A DNA stretch of 64,000 bases from Candidatus Altiarchaeales archaeon. Lineage in GTDB: Archaea > Altiarchaeota > Altiarchaeia > IMC4 > SCGC-AAA252-I15. Under the pieces are notes generated by a model. The model was not told the origin of the DNA, ran no database searches, and worked only from the letters and a program-made list of their open reading frames with translations. Made by a program: the position numbers and the translations under genes. The stretch is from NCBI GenBank assembly GCA_014727915.1, contig WJMO01000006.1, forward strand, positions 265,882 to 329,881, written 5' to 3'. Every line of letters begins with the position of its first letter. Within the stretch, counting starts at the first letter, position 1. This document shows positions 33,401 to 39,100 of the stretch, in pieces.

Positions 33401-33418
33401 ATCGGAGTGATAACTTAA
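24401..33418 (+). CDS. giant secreted multidomain surface protein (3005 aa), putative adhesin
   Basis: The ORF is uninterrupted and starts 4 nt after the C' stop. It has a Sec signal peptide (MKRVVFCVFWLLTLSSLASA). Its modular content is listed in the repeat features and findings. Confidence 0.9.
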   Translation: MKRVVFCVFWLLTLSSLASADVTYTIHPQEHTFRPGETVEYFITVSNTGGATETVDFDVTGLTPGFSSTVVYRDDEILAGASIVATMRITANIGVSEGTYTNQVVVTPSSQGPLSVDNIILPGRGNPVVEGVVNFCRDSDNLVKMSCSSTGYFDSDALCGGAQVGHWVEFGDGVDAGKCTEIVGATCGSECWPLGHPCLEIGIPVVAEQGYAFMVWESGLSCNEFATTTTTSTTVTTTSSTVITTTSTSTTSTTIYQPPTENCCNQVDDDGDPWIDGEDTVDCQKDRGLNVGWNNICWATRWDDYAPSSDYQSGEYTCPTDHIVSEVEIIQYMEDCCDYFRIYDSSDSIVHQSNGDNGFRTIDVRGASTQSIYFEFTSDGSNEYDGVRVNRIECEHVSDQCRDTCISEGYLDGQCRGIDLSGTSCTSYLPDSFCEVDYLGEMCCEGFSDGTDCPDSSYDFFESCCETNGKFLGGYDPMAPLDCAGEGVTFECVDDNNCDGLVCLGTTHIGRTPCPFPDQQQCCCSGTPQTTTTTTIVSAPEVCCNDYDDDYDGLEDGEDETDCNGDVTLEAGANSVCWWTRWDNYASSSDYQSGLYTCPADHIVTDVDVTQDMETCCDYFEILDDTGAELHSSYGHFGDRVIDLSTHKKQSIRFHFTSDISQEYDGVKINSITCVEYVGPTTTSTTSSTVTTSTLPGGCLDMDATQYCAVTGGRTFTGEYITRVDIHGIDRSSGQERYLDATDSVTDPLVKTGVYMLRLYYPAATGQAGDCFAAWFDWNQDDNFDDGTERISLGCAHTGSDHIDGFVGVPSSAVNGPTMFRIMGEDGTPPGPCTDPSFNEIEDYSACITDTGTPATTTTTTSTTLPGPELIISDVIVSPNPPVAGQNNDLQVTVKNLGVVEVTNTDLYISFKAQGTSCGWTSKFVSSLPYNGETVFSGLSYFIDTASVGNDLLIDVDVNPNLCGSDRNYVSEVFEDNNQWNAGAVESPPMPDLIITDVQPSPDPPEGDATNSFDVTVKNVGSDSTGSATTYLSADVAGTSCQETSIFLNDLAPNSQQTYTMSFFINAGSAGQPIYFDVDYGPNLCGYFRSYITEEDETNNGFIGPTVLPDTMGLRNPGFESGSGADADNWDESFASADRSSDRSHDSTYSMKFIAPNTPQSVFQETVRVLPNVEYRLGGWIYDSLTSGNAYLDLNDIGEECEAGSTLNGQWEHVECTFTTGSSREIVTVRMVTDGSIAGNTGNVWFDDLELEPAAAAPEVCCNDADDDFDSLEDGEDMVDCSQPAVSLSPGSNSVCWWTRWNDYEPGSSYKSFTFECPSGYHVSELNMDVDTEANNDVISIYDDYTNFLLAERSGSRPSETVDVSEFKKGSVHMWFSSDSNTQYDGVKVNTITCGQSLDTCDAECLSRGFDSGTCRPIDLSGTFCREFLPDTWCTIDDPGGNLCCEGPADTDLDCANDPYMFYSACCGQNGEYLTEYDPMGPANCGFEGSTFWCAATDPCNGVCLGDRHIGRTPCADPDNEVCCCAGIGPTTTTLGVATEICCNDFDDDTDGLEDGEDESDCDMDVNLNTGTNNVCWWTRWNDYAFGSNYGSGWYICPAGNIVSEVSITQDMESCCDYFSIYNSGNTIIDSSNGQQGTRTLDLSADGTDRIRFEFTSDGSVQYDGVKVHTITCFEPTPEDCCNGIDDDTDGLMDGEDEADCGGGVAMLSNTVNPICWWTRWDDYSPFSDYNSPVYECPLNSKVTDVEVDLQTEGGYDYFRIYDDDGDVLLEELDGQFGLYTADISSDDARSIYFNFYSNSGIEYDGVKINSITCAQMTTTTSTTLPTAITEGVVDECDDTVDGAGTFCVSGEGFSSAALCGGVQAGDWVGFHTGYESGRCLEVDTTFCTPCFGGSNDCIYFNEVFPLTIQQGDQFKVWDSLTDCLDDVPAIPAGTNLEIVKLGSSWGQIGTYNSVDLNAYVKNTGTANAAATLYADFLVEHPNGDTCLADTRSTALNPREVGKFTVLWDTDIDVGTNTVTAFIDKDNTCGSGHDTNSETDETDNSIVETFDVAGPDLVITDVSTSPDPLDEGSNDITVTVENIGGSTAYDPITVKVNVPGEPCASANTFGQMDPGQTETVSISGYVLSANAGGRQLNASVDANPDVCGQDSDNTPYEEDESNNEYADGIVAGGGPDLQITDLQLSDTTPAKGDYITFTATVENTGSFETTIGWIYVDMVLDDGSCLCTGNAYVNMQPGDARTFSCGWTVNKVGTRTITAIVDGPNDDNSCANHDYIDEMSETNNGFPYNVDIAGPDLVIENFQMTPASPAYNEQVTLSADVRNTGTTATGWGTKYIYFSLDDGICPSIGNTYRNLDIAAGGVESFSRTWNANTRGTRTITASVDSKTPCANYDNTPETDESNNNATTAPFHIPGPDLQISNLVISDMTPAMGDSVTFTATVVNTGDEATSGNKYIKYVTNESECLIATSKNVNLAAGGGTDTITGNWNVNVAGKQTITAMIDRNHVCANYDYTDETDEGNNNFTSTLVDITPPDLVVESLEFIPSDPGIGENVILRATIRNDGTAKAVNSIYVMFQNATSCIGYRSTSLDINPGQSYQMSDYTWSMKWPGTQTITATVDRDIAGCNWNFDYNAEADETNNELANTFTVLQPDLIIESLQVEPASPGTNEYVTFRATVGNQGPGTAGYTIQVGFKNATTCIATSLSSNDIPPGGSLDITHSRYWRWPGAQTLTAYVDTEVPACSWYFDNHPDELDEGNNDLSTTFTVLQPDLEIVNVVPDPDPPAPGANYFDITVRNNGPGTAGGNIVVTYKSPGTSCVSRSTGTDIPSGGEYTFNNQYYNMQAASAGQGVMFDVDKADSLCGNDQDNNIETDETNNEYQIGSVSLPDLVVSNVATSPDPLAAGQWNDLDITIENQGAGPTDSSYIYTSVIAQGSNCNNYNTPYNLHLAPGESYTYNVQYYIYGSSSGENLVASVDASPSVCGGTSYNYNIESDETNNQHTIGVIT
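25076..25165 (+). repeat. Thr/Ser-rich linker (low complexity)
   Basis: This segment encodes ATTTTTSTTVTTTSSTVITTTSTSTTSTTI. Similar shorter T-rich linkers lie at about 25981..26010, 26441..26480, 26950..26990 and 29851..29880. They also occur at 52430..52487 and 52981..53040 in another gene. Confidence 0.85.
25181..26431 (+). repeat. segmental unit 1: CUB-like module / Cys-rich module / CUB-like module
   Basis: CUB-like copies lie at 25181..25590 and 26015..26431. Each has CCN.(D)DD.D...DGED..DC, then (I/V)CW(A/W)TRW(D/N)(D/N)Y, CP, CCDYF.I(Y/L)D, F.FTSD....YDGV.(V/I)N.I.C. They flank a ~130-aa Cys-rich module (25591..25975). Confidence 0.8.
26485..26948 (+). other. GEVED-like domain within giant protein
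   Basis: The segment contains ..CFAAWFDWNQDDNFDDGTERISLGC.. and ends in FNEIEDYSACI, which compares with the W.D.N.DG.F / GEVEDY signatures of the GEVED domain. Confidence 0.5.
26996..27705 (+). repeat. two CARDB-like Ig repeats
   Basis: The repeats are PELIISDVIVSPNPPVAGQNNDLQVTVKNLG ... EDNNQWN and MPDLIITDVQPSPDPPEGDATNSFDVTVKNVG ... EEDETNNGF. Confidence 0.7.
27726..28165 (+). other. CBM4_9-like carbohydrate-binding jelly roll within giant protein
   Basis: The segment begins LRNPGFESGSGADADNWDE and ends NVWFDDLELE. The N.GFE.G...W start and the final hydrophobic-D-D-h-.l strand are typical of CBM4/9-type modules. Confidence 0.5.
28169..29425 (+). repeat. segmental unit 2: CUB-like module / Cys-rich module / CUB-like module
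   Basis: The order is the same as in unit 1: CUB-like at 28169..28593, Cys-rich at 28594..28985, CUB-like at 29011..29425. The Cys-rich modules align throughout (C.(D/A).C(I/L)S.G(Y/F)(L/D).G.CR.IDLSGT.C...LPD..C ... HIGRTPC..PD...CCC(S/A)G). The DNA string tgctggtggacgcggtgg recurs at about 26129, 28277, 29126 and 29546. Confidence 0.8.
29426..29850 (+). repeat. fifth CUB-like module
   Basis: The module reads PEDCCNGIDDDTDGLMDGEDEADC...ICWWTRWDDY...YDYFRIYDDDG...IYFNFYSNSGIEYDGVKINSITC. Confidence 0.75.
30195..33415 (+). repeat. tandem array of nine CARDB-like Ig repeats
   Basis: Unit starts lie at about 30195, 30560, 30919, 31279, 31639, 31994, 32348, 32702 and 33055, a period of 353-365 nt. 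Each unit begins (G/P/Q)PDL.(I/V), then ..P..G....(T/I)..(V/I).N.G, and ends E(T/S)DE(T/S/G)NN. Confidence 0.8.
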
Positions 33419-33429
33419 AAACTCGACTG

Positions 33430-33435
33430 TTTTTT
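33430..33435 (+). terminator. oligo-T tract after giant gene
   Basis: A T6 run begins 12 nt after the stop codon at 33418. This is archaeal oligo-T terminator logic only. Confidence 0.3.
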
Positions 33436-33459
33436 AGGGATATATCCATTTAATTGTAC

Positions 33460-34980
33460 ATGGGCGGCCATAAGCTCCGATGGGAACTGATAGCAGGGAA
33501 TGGCTTGGGTAAGACTGCTAGGAAGGCTTTCAACACCCTCCCGTACCTAATACTCGTCCTTCAGGTCCTGACTTACATGCTCATATTCACGGCGACCACC
33601 TTCAACGAGTACAACCGGTTCTGGTACGGGAACTTCGACCTGGGAATACCAGACCAGGGCATATGGCTGCTGTCAAGGTTCCAGAACCCCTACCTGACGA
33701 CCAGGGGGCTGCACCTTTTCGGAGACCACGCATCCTACATACACCTGCTCGTCGCGCCCATATACTGGATATGGGACGACGTCAAAGCCCTGCTGCTGCT
33801 GCACACTGCGGCGTTGGCCATAGCGGCGGTTCCGGTATACCTGATCGCCCGGGACAAGTTCGGCAACAACTGGACGCCGCTGGTGTTCAGCCTCTCATAC
33901 ATCATGCTACCGGCGGTACACTACAGCAACCTCGACCAGGGATACCACTATGAGACTTTCATGGTGCCCTTCCTGCTCTTCGGATACTGGTTCCTCACAC
34001 GCAAGATGTACAAGCCATACTATCTTATGATATTCCTCTCCCTCATCTGCAAGGAGGAGATAGCAGTGTCCATAGTGCTGTTCGGGGTCTACGTTGCGTT
34101 GAAGCACGACCGGAAGGCGGGTGTTATTACCTCGGCTGCTGCATTGTTCTACCTGCTCATGGTGATGAAGGTGCTGTTCCCGATATTCAACCAGGAGGGG
34201 GCGTTCTATACCGACCGAACCCTCGGCTCATACGGTAAGACGCCGTTGGACAAGGTGAAGAGCTTCACAAACACCACGTTGATGGAGAAGAAGCTGAACA
34301 CCGAGAAGAACAGGGTTTACGTGAAGAAGCTTCTGGAGTCAACAGGGTACATGGTCTTGCTGGAGCCAATAGCAATGGCGGCATCGGGATCGCTGTGGCT
34401 CAACATGCTCCAGGACTGGTCCTACGCCCACGAGATACAGTACCACTACGTCACGCCCATCATACCGTTCATATACATAGCCCTGATAAACGGGATTGGG
34501 AGGTTCAGGAGGAGCGAGGGTATTATGGCCATGCTCTTGTACCTGATTCTACTTTCCACGTTCTACGGGAACTACCATAACAGCCCCGGGCAGAGCACCC
34601 TACGCCACCCCGAGCGGATGATGACCGAGATAGAGAACTTCGACGAGGTGACGGAGGAGAACGCCGGCATACTGGAGTTGATGGATTCCATACCGGATGA
34701 CGCGTCCGTCTCCGCCACATACGACTTCGTCAGCCATCTCAGCCACCGGAAGACCATATACATGTTCCCCAACCCGTTCAGGATAAACCTGTACGGGATA
34801 GAGGAGCGGGGCGTCCACCCCGACAAGGACGTCGACTACGTGCTGTTGGACATGCGGCTGATAGGGGACGAAGAGCAGAAGCACGGGTCCGTCAGCAAGG
34901 TCACGAAGAGCGGGAAGTACGAGCTGGTGAGAGAGTACAGGTTCGTCCAGCTATGGAAGTACAAGGGAGAGCCCGAATAG
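33460..34980 (+). CDS. DUF2079-like polytopic membrane protein (probable GT-C)
   Basis: The ATG is at 33460. The sequence ..LFGDHASYIHLLVAPIYWIWDDVKALLLLHTAALAIAAVPVYLIA.. fits the lg.H..pi.ll..P.y.l....ll..q....a..a.p.y pattern of DUF2079. There is a large C-terminal extracytoplasmic domain. Confidence 0.65.
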   Translation: MGGHKLRWELIAGNGLGKTARKAFNTLPYLILVLQVLTYMLIFTATTFNEYNRFWYGNFDLGIPDQGIWLLSRFQNPYLTTRGLHLFGDHASYIHLLVAPIYWIWDDVKALLLLHTAALAIAAVPVYLIARDKFGNNWTPLVFSLSYIMLPAVHYSNLDQGYHYETFMVPFLLFGYWFLTRKMYKPYYLMIFLSLICKEEIAVSIVLFGVYVALKHDRKAGVITSAAALFYLLMVMKVLFPIFNQEGAFYTDRTLGSYGKTPLDKVKSFTNTTLMEKKLNTEKNRVYVKKLLESTGYMVLLEPIAMAASGSLWLNMLQDWSYAHEIQYHYVTPIIPFIYIALINGIGRFRRSEGIMAMLLYLILLSTFYGNYHNSPGQSTLRHPERMMTEIENFDEVTEENAGILELMDSIPDDASVSATYDFVSHLSHRKTIYMFPNPFRINLYGIEERGVHPDKDVDYVLLDMRLIGDEEQKHGSVSKVTKSGKYELVREYRFVQLWKYKGEPE

Positions 34981-34994
34981 TAGAAAAAAACAGG

Positions 34995-37226
34995 CTATTT
35001 TCTTAAATAATTCATGATTTTATCAAAATAACCCCTGTATTCCGGTATCAGGGTGTTGTGTCTGTTTGATATGAGAACGTCGGCTGCGAACACCAGACAG
35101 GCCAGGGGGAAGTAGAGGACCCACGAGTGCCATATGTTCAGCTCGTGGTTTATCTGCCAGTAGCCGACGACCAACAAAGGCATGAGCGCGGAATATCGGT
35201 TGTTGAGGAAGAACGCCAGTATTAGGAAGGGCATGCACCATAGGAGATACTGCTCGTGGATGACGTGGGTAGACACGAGGAATAGGGTGAACACCAACGC
35301 CCCCATCGTATACCGGTCCAATCTGATGAAAAGGGATGTTAGGACGATGAGCGCGAAGTAGGACCTGAACATGAGGTTCCTTATGGTAACGTAGTCTTCG
35401 AAACCCCACCCCTCCAATTTGGTCATCCAAGACATGCCTGCGGGCGGGCGGTCCAGGTTAGGGCCTATCAGACGCTCGTACACCAGCAGGGGATCGTCCA
35501 CCAGGAAAGGCAGCATTAGGAGGAACGCCAGCAGCAAAGCCATGAAAGTCCTCTTGTAAAGCCTCTTCTGCAATATCAGCCATGGGAGCAATAGAAGCGC
35601 GAATTGTTTGTGCACGAGAGCATAACCATAGTAGAGAGAGAACCTCGAATGCTCGATGTTCTTCAACGCTAGGAGTATCAAGCCCAGTCCTAGAGCGTCT
35701 GTCTTCCCCTCTGAAGCGCCTATTCTAAGGACCTCGGGGTTGAAGAGGTAGAGGGAGACAGCCAACAACGCCAGGGTCTTGCTCTTGCCTCTGCCACGGA
35801 GTATGGACCAGATGCCGTATGCGACAAGCAGGTCTCCAAGTACGGCAGGCAGCTTTATGAGATAGGGCAGGTATAGGGAGTTGAACCCGAACAATACCCT
35901 GATGATTCCGAGGGGGTACATGGCCCAGCCCGGGGGCTTGGTCAGGTATAGGTTCCCGTTGAAGTTGTAATCCGGATCCAATAGGGTCAGGTGGAGGTCG
36001 GTCTTGTGTATGAGGTTCTCGGTGTAATAGAGTTCCATGTCCTTGACGTCTATGTTGAGGAAGGTGGGCATTATGACGACCCGTATCATCATGGCGAAGA
36101 TGACCACTGCGAGTATCATCCGGTTCTCATGGACGATCCGGCAGAGGCCCCGTAGTGATTCGGAGAAGTCACGCCCTCGAACACAGACATACGAGTAATA
36201 GCATAGCACAATAAGAGATAGCAGTGCGGTGACACGCCATTCGAACGCGTTAAGGCCGTGTTCGACGAAGAAATAGCCACCACCCCTGCCGCGTGTCCTG
36301 ACGGCCAGGGTGTGGATTTCCTCATCCCCCAAATTCGCCCTTAACCTGTACCCTGAAGTGTACTGGACCCTGGACGCGCCATTGTCGAACTCTAGCTCTC
36401 CGTCCAAGTAGACCTTTTCTACGTTAAGGTCCGATACTATGTCGATTTCGACCTCCTCTGCGGAAGATGTGAACTTCACCACGTTGAAGCCGCCACCCCT
36501 GAAGAAGGGGAGATCCACCTCCCTGAAGCCCCTGAGGCCATACCAGGGCTGATACCACCCGCCACCCTCATAGCTGCTGTAGAACGACCCAACCACCTTG
36601 AACTCCCTCGCATTCTGGAATATCATGAACGAGGAGAGGAGGAGCAGAAGCAGCGACAACACGAGGATAGCATGGGGCGCCATTCCCTCCAGGACATGCC
36701 CATAGTCCTCCAGGACCGCGCGGAATAATAGCAGGACGGATGATGCGAGGACAGCAAGCATGAGGAAGATAACCGGTGGTGATTCGCCCGCCAGGTTCAG
36801 CCTGCCCTCCCCCCCGCCTGTGTTCATCACGTGCAGGGCCAGAACATGACCGCCATCATCCTCTCCGCCGGATAGGTTGAGGTCAAGTCCTGCGCAGTGG
36901 GTGCATGAGCCGCAGCTGCTGTTGAATATCATGCGCCCGTCAAAGTATGCCTTGGATAGGCAGTCGTCAACCTTTATTATCCTGAAGACCCCACCGGCTG
37001 GGAGCTTGTCCATGTGTATTCGAAAGTATCCCTCAAGGTTTTCGGTGTAGGAGGAAACGGGAAGCCACATGCCGTCGTCGAATGACCTATCCCGCCATCC
37101 GGGGACCCTGTCTTGGCTGTAGCGTATTTCATACGAGTATTGGCTTCGGTAGTCGTTGAGTGCGTATAAGCTGGCTACCATCAACACCATATAGAGCAGA
37201 ACCTTCAGCTTCTTCCAAGAGCCCAT
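34995..37226 (-). CDS. membrane protein: two jelly-roll ectodomains plus GT-C (DUF2029/GT87-like) domain
   Basis: The true start is the ATG at 37226 (M66 of the track ORF), 2 nt after the asnB stop. The track N-terminus overlaps asnB. The first jelly roll (36792..37115) carries the CGSCTHC cluster. The C-terminal part ..KLPAVLGDLLVAYGIWSIL..LYLFNPEVLRIGASEGKTDALGLGLILLAL.. is GT-C-like. Confidence 0.7.
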   Translation of the reverse strand: MGSWKKLKVLLYMVLMVASLYALNDYRSQYSYEIRYSQDRVPGWRDRSFDDGMWLPVSSYTENLEGYFRIHMDKLPAGGVFRIIKVDDCLSKAYFDGRMIFNSSCGSCTHCAGLDLNLSGGEDDGGHVLALHVMNTGGGEGRLNLAGESPPVIFLMLAVLASSVLLLFRAVLEDYGHVLEGMAPHAILVLSLLLLLLSSFMIFQNAREFKVVGSFYSSYEGGGWYQPWYGLRGFREVDLPFFRGGGFNVVKFTSSAEEVEIDIVSDLNVEKVYLDGELEFDNGASRVQYTSGYRLRANLGDEEIHTLAVRTRGRGGGYFFVEHGLNAFEWRVTALLSLIVLCYYSYVCVRGRDFSESLRGLCRIVHENRMILAVVIFAMMIRVVIMPTFLNIDVKDMELYYTENLIHKTDLHLTLLDPDYNFNGNLYLTKPPGWAMYPLGIIRVLFGFNSLYLPYLIKLPAVLGDLLVAYGIWSILRGRGKSKTLALLAVSLYLFNPEVLRIGASEGKTDALGLGLILLALKNIEHSRFSLYYGYALVHKQFALLLLPWLILQKRLYKRTFMALLLAFLLMLPFLVDDPLLVYERLIGPNLDRPPAGMSWMTKLEGWGFEDYVTIRNLMFRSYFALIVLTSLFIRLDRYTMGALVFTLFLVSTHVIHEQYLLWCMPFLILAFFLNNRYSALMPLLVVGYWQINHELNIWHSWVLYFPLACLVFAADVLISNRHNTLIPEYRGYFDKIMNYLRK

Positions 37227-37228
37227 GT

Positions 37229-39094
37229 TTAAACACCGAACCTTTCCCTCCACATCTGGAACATAAGCAGAGTCCATATTTTCTTGCGGTGGTCTGCTCT
37301 GCCTGTGAAGTGCTCGTCGAGGAGGCCTTGGACGTGGTCGGGGTTGAATATGCCCTCCTCCTCCAGCCTCTCCCTGTCGAATGCCTTCAAAGCCAGCGGT
37401 TTGAGGTCTTTCTTCAGCCATTCAGCCACGGGTATTCCGAACCCCTTCTTACTCCTGTCCACGATGTCTGCAGGTATACTGTCCCTGAACGCGTCCTTCA
37501 ATATGGCCTTAGTCGTCAAGCCCCTGACCTTGTCCCCGTAGGGGATGGAGCACGCGTATTCTATGAAGTAGTGGTCTAGGAAAGGCGACCTGGCCTCCAA
37601 CGACACTGCCATGCTCGCCCGGTCCAACTTCGCCAGGATGTCCCCGCCAAGGTAGAACCTGCTGTAGAAGTAGATAAGCCGGCCATCGAAGCCTTCAACC
37701 CCGGACCCGGCGAACGCATCGTCGATGATGCCATAGGGGTCTTTTGACGTTCTGTTCTTAACATCCGCTGATAGCAGCTTCTCCTGCTCCTCCGGGGTGA
37801 AAGAGCCCAGCCAAGCCTGATGCCGCCTCAAGCCATCGTATCCGTCCCCGGACACGAACCTCTTCAGCTTGAAGTCGAGGCTTATGTTGCTCGTGGAAAC
37901 AGGTAATGAATCCGCAAGACGCTTCAAAACCCTGCGGACAGGCAGAGGCATGATGCGGTAGTATCTGTGGATCTTTTCCGCCTGGAACGTGGGATAGCCG
38001 CAGAACAATTCATCACCGCCGTCGCCGCCCAACGCGACGGTAACATGCTCCCTCGTATACTTTGAGAGCAGGTATGTTGGTATGACTGAAGCGTCTCCGA
38101 ATGGCTCGTCCAGGAAGCCGACCACCTCCTCCAGTATACCCAACATGTCATCCGCCTTGAGGAGGCGCTCATGGTGGTCTGTGCCAAAGTGTTCCGCAAC
38201 CCTCCGCGCATGATTTGACTCGTCGAATGACCTGTCTTCAAAGCCGATTGTGAAGGTCTTGATCCGGTCCGGGGGCACCAGCTCGGACATTAGCGATACT
38301 ATGATGGATGAGTCAAGGCCGCCGCTCAGGAAGACACCAAGCGGGACGTCGCTCACAAGCCTCCGCTCAACCGACGACTTCAGCCTTGAGCGGATCCCCT
38401 CCAGCTTAGCCGAACGGCGTTCACCCGAGTCCTCGAATCTCATGCCCCAGTATCGTCCCACCTTGACGTTCCCATCCTCTAAGGTGAGGGTATGGCCTGG
38501 AGGCAGCTTCCGAACGCCCTCGATTATGGAATATGGCGCCGGCACGAATTCGAAGGCGAGGTACATCCGCAGCGCATCCAAGTCGATACTCCTTTCCAAT
38601 CCGGGGTACTTCAACAGCGCCTTCAGCTCGGAGGCGAACAGAAACCCGTTTCCAAGGAGACAGTAGTAGAGTGGCTTCTGGCCCATCCGGTCACGGGCAA
38701 GCCACAGCCGGTCGTGTCTGCCATCCCACACGGCGAAGGAGAACATCCCATTCAACATGGTCACACACCCGACATCGTATTCTAGGTAGGAGTTCAACAG
38801 AACCTCGGTGTCCGACCCCGTCTTGAACGTGTGTCCTTTGCCTTCAAGTTCGGCCCGGAGCTCCCGGTAGTTGTATATCTCCCCGTTGTATACGAGCTGT
38901 ACTTCCCCTGACTCATCACTCATGGGCTGGTCCGCTCCCCCGCTGAGGTCTATGACCTTTAGCCTGGTGTGCCCGAGGGACATGCGGTCTGAGACGTATA
39001 TTCCGGAGCTGTCAGGGCCCCTGTGAGCCAGTGAACCCCCCATAAGGGAAACGAGTTCCCTGTCCCCCCAGTTGAACCCGCAGATGCCGCACAT
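37229..39094 (-). CDS. asnB: asparagine synthase (glutamine-hydrolysing)-family amidotransferase
   Basis: The N-terminal nucleophile is in MCGICGF and the PP-loop is FLSGGLDSS. The protein is 621 aa. It sits in a glycosyltransferase operon, so it may amidate a sugar rather than make Asn. Confidence 0.9.
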   Translation of the reverse strand: MCGICGFNWGDRELVSLMGGSLAHRGPDSSGIYVSDRMSLGHTRLKVIDLSGGADQPMSDESGEVQLVYNGEIYNYRELRAELEGKGHTFKTGSDTEVLLNSYLEYDVGCVTMLNGMFSFAVWDGRHDRLWLARDRMGQKPLYYCLLGNGFLFASELKALLKYPGLERSIDLDALRMYLAFEFVPAPYSIIEGVRKLPPGHTLTLEDGNVKVGRYWGMRFEDSGERRSAKLEGIRSRLKSSVERRLVSDVPLGVFLSGGLDSSIIVSLMSELVPPDRIKTFTIGFEDRSFDESNHARRVAEHFGTDHHERLLKADDMLGILEEVVGFLDEPFGDASVIPTYLLSKYTREHVTVALGGDGGDELFCGYPTFQAEKIHRYYRIMPLPVRRVLKRLADSLPVSTSNISLDFKLKRFVSGDGYDGLRRHQAWLGSFTPEEQEKLLSADVKNRTSKDPYGIIDDAFAGSGVEGFDGRLIYFYSRFYLGGDILAKLDRASMAVSLEARSPFLDHYFIEYACSIPYGDKVRGLTTKAILKDAFRDSIPADIVDRSKKGFGIPVAEWLKKDLKPLALKAFDRERLEEEGIFNPDHVQGLLDEHFTGRADHRKKIWTLLMFQMWRERFGV

Positions 39095-39100
39095 TTGAGA

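Noticed and set aside
30195-33415. Regular periodicity that might suggest a CRISPR array or satellite.
   Set aside because: The period is about 355-360 nt, it lies in frame within a continuous ORF, and the units are diverged protein repeats (CARDB-like). There are no short identical direct repeats with unique spacers and no cas genes in the window.
20698-33418. The possibility that the second pilin/adhesin locus is a provirus or integrated mobile element.
   Set aside because: No integrase, capsid, replication or transposase genes are present, no flanking direct repeats were noticed, and there is no adjacent tRNA. Flanking genes are ordinary housekeeping genes.
37227-37421. A 65-aa N-terminal extension of the 34995.. 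membrane protein ORF.
   Set aside because: It overlaps the 3' end of asnB in another frame and is Pro/Arg/Gly-rich. The ATG at 37226 lies 2 nt after the asnB stop and is followed by a proper signal-anchor.
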